A DNA stretch of 49,871 nt from an uncultured Eubacteriales bacterium (GTDB lineage: Bacteria; Bacillota; Clostridia; Acetivibrionales; CAYWGM01). The stretch is from contig CAYWGM010000007.1 of NCBI GenBank assembly GCA_964457875.1, forward strand, positions 1-49,871, given 5' to 3'. The notes below the pieces were generated by a model. The model made no database searches, was not told the DNA's origin, and saw only the letters and a program-made list of their open reading frames with translations. Below are positions 26,542 through 35,266 of this stretch, piece after piece (position 1 is the first letter of the stretch; each line of letters opens with the position of its first letter). The position numbers and the translations under genes were made by a program.

Positions 26542-27618
26542 ATGGATTCAATATTGAGAAATTTGCCCCTGAAAGTAGATATTGAAACTAAAAGAATATT
26601 AAAGCAGCTTGCAAGGTCTCACAGGGCATTGGCAGAGCTCAAAGGGCATGCCGATACCATGCCCAATAAAAAAATACTTATCAATGCCGTAACCATAAAT
26701 GAAGCGAAGGATAGCTCTGAGATTGAGAACATCATCACTACACATGACGAACTTTTTAAAGCCATGGCCCAGTCCGGCTACAACAGTCCTGCAGCAAAGG
26801 AGGTTGTAAGCTATAGGGCTGCCTTATGGCGAGGGTATGAACTGGTGAAAGAAAACCGATTGCTCACTACTAATATGATTGTTGAAATCCAGGGGTATAT
26901 AGAACGAAACCGCGCCGGAATAAGGAAGTTGCCCGGTACTGTACTGAAAAACGAAACTACGGGTGAAACAGTTTATACGCCGCCGTCCGGCGAGCGGGAG
27001 ATACTGGGCTTGATGTCCAATCTTGAGAGGTACATAAATGAGGATTACGACAATGTCGATCCGCTTATAAAGCTGGCGGTGATCCACTACCAGTTTGAAT
27101 CGATACACCCGTTTTATGACGGCAATGGGAGGACAGGCAGGATAATAAACGTACTGTACCTTGTCTTAAAGGAATTGCTCGATAGCCCTATTTTGTACCT
27201 GAGCAAATATATAATCCGGAACAAGTCGGCATACTACAGGCTATTGCAGGAGATAAGGGTAAACGATAATTGGGAGGAATGGATTTTATATATACTGGAC
27301 GGGATCGAGCAAACCTCGGATGAGACATTGCTCCTTATTAAAAGAATTAATTCGGTAGTAGACAAGGTAGCGGAAGAAATTAAAACCGCATTGCCTAAGA
27401 TATACTCAAGAGATTTGCTGAACCTGCTGTTTTATGAATTCTATACTAAAATCGGTTATGTCGAGAAAGGCTTGGGCGTTTCAAGGAAAACCGCATCAGG
27501 CTATCTGGCATCACTTGAGGCCGGCGGATTCCTTAAATCCCATATGATCGGCAAAGAGAAGATATACTTGAACAAGGCTTTGTTTAAGGTTGTACAGGAA
27601 GTCGGTTCAGTAAAATAG
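26542..27618 (+). CDS. Fic-family protein (class II, N-terminal inhibitory motif; C-terminal winged helix)
   Basis: 358 aa. Catalytic motif HPFYDGNGRTGR (HxFx[D/E]GNGRxxR). Upstream SSEIEN matches the [S/T]xxxE[G/N] auto-inhibition motif. Fic_N-like start LPL..DIETKRILKQL. C-terminal wHTH-like RKTASGYLASLEAGGFL. Confidence 0.9.
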   Translation: MDSILRNLPLKVDIETKRILKQLARSHRALAELKGHADTMPNKKILINAVTINEAKDSSEIENIITTHDELFKAMAQSGYNSPAAKEVVSYRAALWRGYELVKENRLLTTNMIVEIQGYIERNRAGIRKLPGTVLKNETTGETVYTPPSGEREILGLMSNLERYINEDYDNVDPLIKLAVIHYQFESIHPFYDGNGRTGRIINVLYLVLKELLDSPILYLSKYIIRNKSAYYRLLQEIRVNDNWEEWILYILDGIEQTSDETLLLIKRINSVVDKVAEEIKTALPKIYSRDLLNLLFYEFYTKIGYVEKGLGVSRKTASGYLASLEAGGFLKSHMIGKEKIYLNKALFKVVQEVGSVK

Positions 27619-27933
27619 TATAAAATTATCAACAACCATGCTGCTACCTTACGGTCGTAGCACATATCAAAGAAATCATAGAGGCAGTCAAAAACGGGGC
27701 TGAGGGCAAGATCGTAGAAGTCGAAGATGAAAAAACCAATACCAGGGTAGAAGTCTTTGTAGAATGGCGGGTCAATTTCAGCTGAAACCAACTATAATTA
27801 GGATAGCTTATCTATAATCTGCAGCTTTATCCCTATTTATCTTTTGCCTTATACTAAAGGTGCAATTTATCTGCACTTGATAAATGCATAGCGTCCTTGC
27901 TATAAAAAGAATTTGCACTAAGGGTATAAGCTG

Positions 27934-28878
27934 ATGACTGATCCGATTACTACGATACCGGGGAAAAAGATTAAACTGACGCTCAATAATAAGACGATAT
28001 TATTGATGATGGCACTTCCATTCGTTGCAATGGTGCTGGTATTCAATTACATACCTATTTTGGGATGGATACTTGCCTTTTTTGATTATAGGCCGGGTGT
28101 TGCTCTGGATTTCAGCCAGTTTGTCGGCCTGAAATACTTTAAAATGGCTCTTGATTTCAAAAGCGGAAGCGAGCTTTTGACTGTGATGAGAAACACTTTA
28201 GTAATGAGTTTTTCTTCTGTCATCCTTCAGCCGCTTCCGGTTATCTTTGCTATCTTTCTTTCGGAAATGAACAGCAAGTATTTTAGAAAGACCATCCAGA
28301 CATTGACAACGCTACCTAACTTCATCAGTTGGGTTCTTGTTTACTCAATTTTCTTTGCAGCATTTTCCATGGATGATGGTTTTGTTAATATGGTACTATT
28401 AAACTTACATATTATAGACACTCCGCTCAACCTTTTGGCGAATGGAGATGCGGCCTGGTACTTCCAGATCTGCATCCAGATATGGAAGAACGTAGGGTTT
28501 GTTTCAATAATATATCTTGCATCGATTTCAGGTATAGACAGTGAGTTGTATGACGCGGTAAAAATAGACGGAGCAGGAAGGTTCCGGAAGATATTGCATG
28601 TTGTAGTTCCTGGTGTGGCGCCTACTTTTACGGTTCTGTTGCTTTTATCCATAAGTAATATTCTATCAAATGGTTTCGAACAGTATTATGTTTTCATGAA
28701 CGCCATGGTACAGGACAAGTTGCAGGTATTTGACTATTATACGTACCGGATAGGCATAACCATGAATGAGTATTCTTTTTCCACGGCTCTAGGCATCTTT
28801 AAAACTATTGTAAGCGTAGCCCTATTGTTTAGTGTGAATTTGATATCAAAAAAGATCAGAGGGTCATCAATTATTTAA
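27934..28878 (+). CDS. Carbohydrate ABC transporter permease (LplB/YteP-like)
   Basis: 314 aa, multi-TM. EAA-loop region ASISGIDSELYDAVKIDGAGRFRKILHVVVP. TTGATA-18-TATAAA promoter-like boxes at ~27887-27916. Confidence 0.85.
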   Translation: MTDPITTIPGKKIKLTLNNKTILLMMALPFVAMVLVFNYIPILGWILAFFDYRPGVALDFSQFVGLKYFKMALDFKSGSELLTVMRNTLVMSFSSVILQPLPVIFAIFLSEMNSKYFRKTIQTLTTLPNFISWVLVYSIFFAAFSMDDGFVNMVLLNLHIIDTPLNLLANGDAAWYFQICIQIWKNVGFVSIIYLASISGIDSELYDAVKIDGAGRFRKILHVVVPGVAPTFTVLLLLSISNILSNGFEQYYVFMNAMVQDKLQVFDYYTYRIGITMNEYSFSTALGIFKTIVSVALLFSVNLISKKIRGSSII

Positions 28879-28890
28879 GGAGCGGACCGC

Positions 28891-29793
28891 ATGAAAGCTG
28901 CAATGAAAAACAAACTGGGCAATTACATATTCAGTACGATCAACTATACAATATTTATAATATTTGCCTTTATATGCATATATCCATTTTATTACATATT
29001 TATTTTTTCACTCAGTAATCCTCAGGAATCTGTAAAAGGTGGCATCTATCTGTTACCGAAAGGGTTTACGTTTTTCAATTATCTCTCTGTCGGCAAATTG
29101 ACAGGTATACCTAGCGCCGCACTTGTTTCGGTAGCAAGGACGGTGATCGGCACTGCGGTCACAATATTCAGCTGTTCCATTTTTGGATATGCTTTATCGA
29201 AAAAGGAACTTATTTTTAGAAAACTATTCTACCGTATGGTTGTGATTACGCTATACCTTAATGCCGGATTGATCCCCTGGTATATTACCATGAGAACCAT
29301 CAAGCTTCAAAACAGTTTTTTTCTGTATATACTTCCATGGGCAGTGTCGGGATTCTATCTGATCCTCATCAAGACATATATGGAACAGCTGCCGCCTTCC
29401 ATGGAGGAATCGGCAATGATCGACGGAGCCAATAGCTTCATGATATTCATAAAAATCGTTTTTCCCTTATCCCTTCCGGTCATTGCTACAATTGCGGTTT
29501 TTAGCGCAGTAAACCAATGGAATGCCTGGACTGACAATTTCTTTCTTGTCAGAAATCCAAATCTTCAGACATTGCAACTGATATTGCTGACATATTTGAG
29601 GGAATCCGAGTCCATTGCAAGAAATATTAGTTCAATGGATCCGGAACTGCTTTCTAAACGGGTCGCAACACTGACGCCTATTGCGGTGAGGATGACGATC
29701 ACAATGATTGCAACGCTTCCGATCGTATTTGTTTATCCGTTTATGCAGAGATATTTTGTTAAAGGCATCATGCTTGGGGCCGTCAAGGGCTGA
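28891..29793 (+). CDS. Carbohydrate ABC transporter permease (LplC/YtcP-like)
   Basis: 300 aa, multi-TM. EAA-loop MEESAMIDGANSFMIFIKIVFPLSLP. Confidence 0.85.
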   Translation: MKAAMKNKLGNYIFSTINYTIFIIFAFICIYPFYYIFIFSLSNPQESVKGGIYLLPKGFTFFNYLSVGKLTGIPSAALVSVARTVIGTAVTIFSCSIFGYALSKKELIFRKLFYRMVVITLYLNAGLIPWYITMRTIKLQNSFFLYILPWAVSGFYLILIKTYMEQLPPSMEESAMIDGANSFMIFIKIVFPLSLPVIATIAVFSAVNQWNAWTDNFFLVRNPNLQTLQLILLTYLRESESIARNISSMDPELLSKRVATLTPIAVRMTITMIATLPIVFVYPFMQRYFVKGIMLGAVKG

Positions 29794-29889
29794 CAATGCT
29801 ATAACAATATGCTGAATTCAGATGTTACGGGGATTTAGCATTTTATATAAATGTAGTGAACTAAAATATTATCAAGGAGGTAGAACTTC

Positions 29890-31662
29890 ATGAAAAAGAA
29901 TCTGACCAAGGTTTTTGCTCTGCTGCTCACAGTTGTATTTGTTTTATCCTTTATCGCCTGCAGCAGTAACGACAAAGATGGAACAGAGACAACTGCGGCT
30001 TCATCGGCAGCAAGTACCGAAGAGACAAAAGAGCCGGTCACATTGACTTATTACGGTTTCCTTGCGGGCGGAAGTTATCCGTCCGGCGTACAGAGCGATC
30101 CGATTGCCAAGGAACTCGAAAAGCAAACAGGAGTGACAATTGACTGGGAATTCCATGGTACTCCGGACAAACTGGCCGCCATGCTGGCTAGCAATGATTT
30201 ACCGGATATTCTGGCTATTGACACTCAGGTTACGACAAACGTTTCTGCTCAACAGCTTATTGACGGAAACAAGATGATCGATATGAAGCCATTGCTTGCG
30301 ACAAATGGGAAGACAATTGCCGCGGAGACACCTGAAAAGCTGTCTTTTTCCCAAAAGATATATGGTGGCCCGGACGAAAAGCTGTATTTTATACCCGGTC
30401 CTGATCAGGGAATAACTCCTACCAAACCGAATTACTTTATAGGACCGCCGCAGGGTGTCGGTGTCTATGTAAGATGGGATTATTATAAGGAATTGGGTTA
30501 TCCTGAGCTTGCGACCGATATATTTGACATAATACCAATTCTCAAGCAGATGCAGGACAAACATCCCAAGAATGCGGATGGTAAAAAGATATACGGTGTT
30601 TCACCATGGTTGGCTGACTGGAATCTGTGGAGTTTTACTTCCTTAATGCAGGCTTGGGTCAATGCAGAAGCAGAGAAGGAAGGATTTATCGATATCAATT
30701 GCCTGACTAATGAGGTAACCTCGCAGATTACAGATATAAACAGCTCATTGTGGCTGGGCGTAAAGTTCTATTATGAATGCAATCAGGCCGGTATATTGGA
30801 TCCTGACAGTGTAACCCAGAAATTTGATAATTTCGTTGAAAAGATGACAGCCGGAAGAGTGTTGTTCTGCACAGTGGATTGGGGAACTAGTTCATTCAAT
30901 TCCGCAGCCGGACAGGCAGGACATCCGGAACAGGGCTTCATGCCTGTGAAGATTCCCGACTCCAAGACCGCATGGCTGACCAAGTGGCGTTATCCGGTCA
31001 GCGGCAGAGGACTGACAGGTATCACCGTCAATTGCGAGCACCCCGACAGAGCGATGGATTTCCTGAACTATCTCGGTTCAATTGAGGGTACGAGATTGAT
31101 GTATAACGGGATTCAAGGAAAAGATTGGGAAGTCGTCAACGGAGTGCCACTGGAAACAGCTGCGTTGAAGGAACTGAGAAATACCGATCCGCTCTGGACG
31201 GAAAAAACAGGTATATTAAAGTATTGGAACGCAATTTTGAGGGAGCCGATCGTATTGGATCCCAAATACAATACTGTTATCGGTTATTCGGCTAACGAGC
31301 CATATACGGATAAGGTCAAGGCATCGCCGGTTTATACGGATTTCAGCGAGCATTATAATGTCTCTTTCCCGGGAGAATTGTTCCAGAAACAGTTTACCGA
31401 TAATCTTAAAATGGGCGATGGGACATTCCTTGCGATGGTCGAGCCGTCCACTGCTGAAATCAAGCTGATCAACAGCAAGCTTCAAAGCTATCTGAACGTC
31501 AACATGGTGAAGCTTGTTCTTGCAAAGAATGACGCCGCTTTTGAGGCAGGACAGAAAAAGATCATTGAAGACTGCAAGAATATGGGTTGCGAGCAGGCCT
31601 TTGAATTTTACAAGAAGGCATATGCCGATGCCATAGCCAAATCAGAAGCTGCAAGGGAATAG
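29890..31662 (+). CDS. Extracellular solute-binding lipoprotein (large LplA-type, ~590 aa)
   Basis: Signal peptide with lipobox (VLSFIAC at Cys-24), followed by a Ser/Thr/Ala-rich linker. Its size and its position after two permeases are typical of LplABC-type oligosaccharide importers. No ATPase gene is present in the locus. Confidence 0.85.
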   Translation: MKKNLTKVFALLLTVVFVLSFIACSSNDKDGTETTAASSAASTEETKEPVTLTYYGFLAGGSYPSGVQSDPIAKELEKQTGVTIDWEFHGTPDKLAAMLASNDLPDILAIDTQVTTNVSAQQLIDGNKMIDMKPLLATNGKTIAAETPEKLSFSQKIYGGPDEKLYFIPGPDQGITPTKPNYFIGPPQGVGVYVRWDYYKELGYPELATDIFDIIPILKQMQDKHPKNADGKKIYGVSPWLADWNLWSFTSLMQAWVNAEAEKEGFIDINCLTNEVTSQITDINSSLWLGVKFYYECNQAGILDPDSVTQKFDNFVEKMTAGRVLFCTVDWGTSSFNSAAGQAGHPEQGFMPVKIPDSKTAWLTKWRYPVSGRGLTGITVNCEHPDRAMDFLNYLGSIEGTRLMYNGIQGKDWEVVNGVPLETAALKELRNTDPLWTEKTGILKYWNAILREPIVLDPKYNTVIGYSANEPYTDKVKASPVYTDFSEHYNVSFPGELFQKQFTDNLKMGDGTFLAMVEPSTAEIKLINSKLQSYLNVNMVKLVLAKNDAAFEAGQKKIIEDCKNMGCEQAFEFYKKAYADAIAKSEAARE

Positions 31663-31698
31663 ATAATAACGGTAAAACAATTCTTACTTGATATTACA

Positions 31699-31736
31699 GG
31701 GGCTGCCCTAATAGGATAATAGGGCAGCCCTCTTTG
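31699..31736 (+). terminator. Intrinsic terminator after the SBP gene
   Basis: GGGCTGCCCTA (31700-10), 9-nt loop, TAGGGCAGCCC (31720-30), then TCTTTGTG (short, imperfect U-tract). Confidence 0.6.
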
Positions 31737-31760
31737 TGTCTTTGTGGTCTGACGGCATGT

Positions 31761-31789
31761 TTGACATTTATAAGGCATAGTGTTATGAT
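31761..31789 (+). promoter_or_regulatory. Putative promoter of the LacI-family regulator gene
   Basis: TTGACA (31761-66), 17-nt spacer ending TGt (extended -10), TATGAT (31784-89). Confidence 0.5.
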
Positions 31790-31792
31790 CAG

Positions 31793-31812
31793 CAATGTAA
31801 GCGCTTACATTG
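31793..31812. promoter_or_regulatory. Perfect 20-bp palindrome, cre / LacI-family operator type
   Basis: CAATGTAAGCGCTTACATTG. The core TGTAAGCGCTTACA fits the CcpA cre consensus (TGWAANCGNTNWCA) and generic LacI-family operators. It lies at the predicted transcription start, 24 nt before the lacI-family ATG. Confidence 0.6.
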
Positions 31813-31835
31813 CAGGTGGAGATTTATACATATTC

Positions 31836-32819
31836 ATGAATATTTATGATATTGCTAAAAACGCAGGTGTCTCGATAGCAACGGTTTCCAGGGTCATCAA
31901 CGGCAGCGGTCCTGTCAGCGGAAAGACCAGGCAGGAAGTTGAACGCGTCATGGGCGAGCTTGGTTATCAGCCCAATGTTATGGCAAGGGGTTTGATGACC
32001 AAATCCATCAGGACCATAGGCGCGTTGACCATCGATGTCCGGGATCTGTTCTTTTCAAGTTCCATATTCAGTATAGAATCGGACCTCAAAGCTTACGGCT
32101 ATGATCTGATATTGTGCAATACAGGAGATGATATTGAGCAAAAGAAGAAATACTTCAAAATCCTCCTCGGTAAAAAAGTGGACGGGATAATACTCATCGG
32201 TTCGGTCTTCAGGGAAAAGAGGGATAATTCGCATATAATGGAGGCCGCGTGCAGGCTGCCGGTCGTTATGGTTAACGGTTACGTAAAGGGTGAAAACATA
32301 TACTGCATATTGAGCGATGATTCGAAGGCAATGGAGGATATCACGCTGCACCTTATTAGCAACTCAAGAAAAAACCTGGCTTATATATATGATGTCGATA
32401 CATACAGCAGTATGGAAAAGCTAAAAGGTTTCAAAAAAGCTGCGCAGTCGAATAAACGCATTTTGATATTGAAAGCGCCCAAAAAAGGCATGGACGGCGG
32501 TTTTCTGGCGGTTAGGAGTCTATTGGAATCAAAGGCGCCATTCGATGCCATTGTCTGCTCGGATGATATAGTCGCTTCAGGCGCACTAAAGGGTGTTTTG
32601 CAGGCGGGAGTCAGAGTACCGCAGGATTGTGCCGTGACAGGGTTTGATAATTCAATGGTTTCCAGATGCACGATCCCCGAGCTTACGACTGTCGACAGCA
32701 AAATCGAATATATGAGTTCTTTATCAGTTAAGTATATGCTGGATGCGCTTACTGGTAATAAAGTACCGCAAAAGACCGTTATCCAGCCCGAGATAATTTT
32801 CAGGGAGACGAGTATGTAG
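31836..32819 (+). CDS. LacI-family transcriptional regulator
   Basis: ORF 31734..32819. The true start is ATG 31836 (MNIYDIAKNAGVSIATVSRVING HTH). A periplasmic-binding-protein-like sugar sensor domain follows. Confidence 0.9.
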   Translation: MNIYDIAKNAGVSIATVSRVINGSGPVSGKTRQEVERVMGELGYQPNVMARGLMTKSIRTIGALTIDVRDLFFSSSIFSIESDLKAYGYDLILCNTGDDIEQKKKYFKILLGKKVDGIILIGSVFREKRDNSHIMEAACRLPVVMVNGYVKGENIYCILSDDSKAMEDITLHLISNSRKNLAYIYDVDTYSSMEKLKGFKKAAQSNKRILILKAPKKGMDGGFLAVRSLLESKAPFDAIVCSDDIVASGALKGVLQAGVRVPQDCAVTGFDNSMVSRCTIPELTTVDSKIEYMSSLSVKYMLDALTGNKVPQKTVIQPEIIFRETSM

Positions 32820-32839
32820 GATGGGAGGAGTATGGGGTA

Positions 32840-33664
32840 ATGGAAGGTTTATTTGATTTATCCGGAAAGACTGCCGTAATAACAGGCGGGGGAGGTATCC
32901 TCGGACGGCAAATGGCCGTCGGTCTTGCTCAGGCCGGTGCGAAGGTCGTTATAGGCGACCTGATTGTGGATAATGCCGTTTCTGTGGCAAAGGATATCTG
33001 CGACAGGGGCGGGGTGGCCGCAGGCTTCTATGTGAACGGTATGGAGAAGAGCAGCATGGAGGAGTTAAACAATGCGGCCATAAAAGAGTTCGGCCGCATC
33101 GATATAGCGTTGAATGCCATCGGCGGCAATATGAAGGATGCAACGACATCCGAAGAAAAGAGTTTTTTTGACCTGTCGGAGGATGGTTTGAGGAAAGTGA
33201 TAGACCTTAACCTCTTTGGAGGCGCGATCATACCTTGTCAGGTTTTTGCTAAGTCGATGATCAGCAACAAGGATGGCGGCGCGATAGTGAACATCTCTTC
33301 GATGAACAGTTTCAGACCGTTGACAAGGATACCCGGGTATTCCGCCGCAAAAGCCGCCGTAAGTAATTTTACGCAATGGATGGCTGTATATATGGCGCAG
33401 GAATTCAGCCCAAATATAAGGGTCAATGCTATTGCTCCGGGATTTTTTCTGACCGATCAAAACAGAAGTCTTCTGACCGGCCCCGATGACGGCGCTCTTA
33501 CCGACAGAGGTGTCAGTATCATACAACATACGCCGATGGGGAGGTTCGGGCAGCCCTGTGATCTTATCGGTACGCTCATCTGGCTGGTTTCAGACGCATC
33601 AAAGTTCGTGACAGGTACGGTAATTCCCGTTGATGGCGGTTTTTCCGCGTATTCGGGAGTCTGA
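32840..33664 (+). CDS. SDR-family oxidoreductase (UxuB/YjmF-like subgroup)
   Basis: 274 aa. TGGGGILG cofactor motif, NISS, catalytic YSAAKAAV, and PMGRFGQPCDL. Confidence 0.85.
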   Translation: MEGLFDLSGKTAVITGGGGILGRQMAVGLAQAGAKVVIGDLIVDNAVSVAKDICDRGGVAAGFYVNGMEKSSMEELNNAAIKEFGRIDIALNAIGGNMKDATTSEEKSFFDLSEDGLRKVIDLNLFGGAIIPCQVFAKSMISNKDGGAIVNISSMNSFRPLTRIPGYSAAKAAVSNFTQWMAVYMAQEFSPNIRVNAIAPGFFLTDQNRSLLTGPDDGALTDRGVSIIQHTPMGRFGQPCDLIGTLIWLVSDASKFVTGTVIPVDGGFSAYSGV

Positions 33665-33693
33665 ACAAACTTATATTATGGAGGAGGATAAAA

Positions 33694-34902
33694 ATGGCAG
33701 GTTTTAATGAAAAGCTGGATGTATTGGTTGTAGGCGGGGGTATGATCAGCAGAGAAGTCGTGCTTCCGACAGTATTCCAGGAGCAGAAATACGGCAGGGT
33801 AGGTAACGTTTCTATCAGCTCGCTGACAGGCGACATCATTGCAGGTTTGAGGCAGATGTTTCCGCAATTCAAGGGATATCCCGATCCTGATATCCATGGA
33901 TTGACGGAGAAGTTTCCCGAGCTGTACAAGCAAGCCATCAAAGACCTGCCTGAATCATCCGTGGTGCTTGTAGCCACGCCCGACCATCTGCATACGCCGG
34001 TTATAATGGCAGCCATAGAGGCAGGCAGGCATTGCGTTGTGCAGAAACCGTTATGCCTCAAAGTGGAAGAGGCACGTGAAATAATCAAGCTGGCGGATGA
34101 GAGAGGTATTTATATATTGACCGACTATCACAAAAGGCATGACAGGTCGATAAGGGCAGCGCGGTATAAGTTCCGCAAAGGTTATCTGGGAGAGATGCTC
34201 CATGGCCATGCATGGTTGGAGGAGCCCAAATTCATAGCGTTGGATGTATTCAAAGACTGGTGCGAAAAGAGCTCTCCATTTGAATATATAGGCGTGCATT
34301 ATGCCGATGCATATTACTTCATAACGGGACTCAAGCCAAAAAGACTTGCCGCGTTCGGTCAGAAAAAGTACCTTCCCACAAAAGGCAAGGATGCGTACGA
34401 TGCAGTACAGGCGGTGATAGAGTGGGAAGACGGGTCGGTACTGTTTGTGCAGACTTCGTGGGTGAATAATCCTAAGAACAGCGCCGTGGCAAACCAGGGC
34501 ATGCAGCTCCTCGGCACGTTAGGCGAGTATTGGGCGGATCACAAGGACAGGAACACGCATTTCGTCACTGACGAAAAAGGATTTGAGGAATTTAACCCCA
34601 ACTTCTTCAAGCAATATGACAGCTGGGATTTCCCGGGCGATGATGATAATGTTGGTTATGGTTACGATAGCATAGTCCAGGGGATAAACGACATACGGCG
34701 TATACTTGCGGCCACTGCCGGGATGAGTGAAAAAGAGGCTCTTGCCGTACGCAGAGGCATGATCAGGGAGATGGGCCAAACGAGAGGGCTTCCCGAGCAG
34801 GCGCTGATAGGCGTTGCCATCAATAACGCAGTGAGGTTGAGCGCTGATGCCGGCGGCAAGTTCATCAAATTCGATCCGGAAATGAACATAGCATTTGAAT
34901 GA
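33694..34902 (+). CDS. Gfo/Idh/MocA-family oxidoreductase
   Basis: 402 aa. N-terminal Rossmann VLVVGGGMISREV, VLVATPDHLHTPVIMAAIEAGRHCVVQKP (EKP-type motif), and a C-terminal α/β domain. Confidence 0.8.
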   Translation: MAGFNEKLDVLVVGGGMISREVVLPTVFQEQKYGRVGNVSISSLTGDIIAGLRQMFPQFKGYPDPDIHGLTEKFPELYKQAIKDLPESSVVLVATPDHLHTPVIMAAIEAGRHCVVQKPLCLKVEEAREIIKLADERGIYILTDYHKRHDRSIRAARYKFRKGYLGEMLHGHAWLEEPKFIALDVFKDWCEKSSPFEYIGVHYADAYYFITGLKPKRLAAFGQKKYLPTKGKDAYDAVQAVIEWEDGSVLFVQTSWVNNPKNSAVANQGMQLLGTLGEYWADHKDRNTHFVTDEKGFEEFNPNFFKQYDSWDFPGDDDNVGYGYDSIVQGINDIRRILAATAGMSEKEALAVRRGMIREMGQTRGLPEQALIGVAINNAVRLSADAGGKFIKFDPEMNIAFE

Positions 34903-34920
34903 TGCAGGAGGGGCACTAAT

Positions 34921-35241
34921 ATGCTGATCAGAAAGATATGGGGCAAATCCGGGGGGAATCCGCCGGGGGAGAAGATACTGCTCGACAGGGATGAGGCCGA
35001 GACCATCGCGGCGGGCTACGTCTGTGTGGATAAAGGCGCGAGCACACAGACGGGCTTTCATGATGATGAGGAGGAAGTTTACGTCATCATGAAAGGCAAG
35101 GCCGAATTGCTGCTTGGCGATGAAACTCGTGAAGTGGAAGCGGGCGATGTCGTTTATGTTCCGAGGAACACAAGGCACCGTATGACCTGCGTTTCACAAG
35201 ACAGGCTTGAGTACCTGTATTTTGCGAATTGGCCAAGGTAG
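34921..35241 (+). CDS. Cupin-domain protein
   Basis: 106 aa. GFHDDEEEVYVIMKGKAELLLGDETREVEAGDVVYVPRNTRHRM matches the two-motif cupin pattern G(x)5HxH/D...E / G(x)5PxG...H. Confidence 0.65.
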   Translation: MLIRKIWGKSGGNPPGEKILLDRDEAETIAAGYVCVDKGASTQTGFHDDEEEVYVIMKGKAELLLGDETREVEAGDVVYVPRNTRHRMTCVSQDRLEYLYFANWPR

Positions 35242-35266
35242 CGTCAACAGATGTTAATTTGATATC

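Noticed and set aside
16886-27618. Idea that the Phd domain (16886-17605) is the antitoxin for the Fic/Doc-fold protein (26542-27618)
   Set aside because: The genes are 9 kb apart on opposite strands with housekeeping genes between them. The Fic protein is a long class II enzyme with its own inhibitory motif, not a Doc toxin. There is no evidence of linkage.
27636-27668. Imperfect hairpin ATGCTGCTAC...GTAGCACAT downstream of fic
   Set aside because: The stem is bulged and short, and no T-run follows. It cannot be called a terminator.
25387-32819. Calling the low-GC stretch (AbiJ-like, fic, ABC transporter, lacI) a mobile element or genomic island
   Set aside because: I saw no integrase, transposase or recombinase, no tRNA gene and no flanking direct repeats. 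Composition is heterogeneous: AbiJ-like ~25-30 % GC, fic ~40-50 %, transporter ~40 %. It is reported only as a compositional anomaly.
34519-35178. 219-aa minus-strand ORF across the Gfo/Idh/MocA-cupin junction
   Set aside because: Antisense shadow ORF with no motifs.
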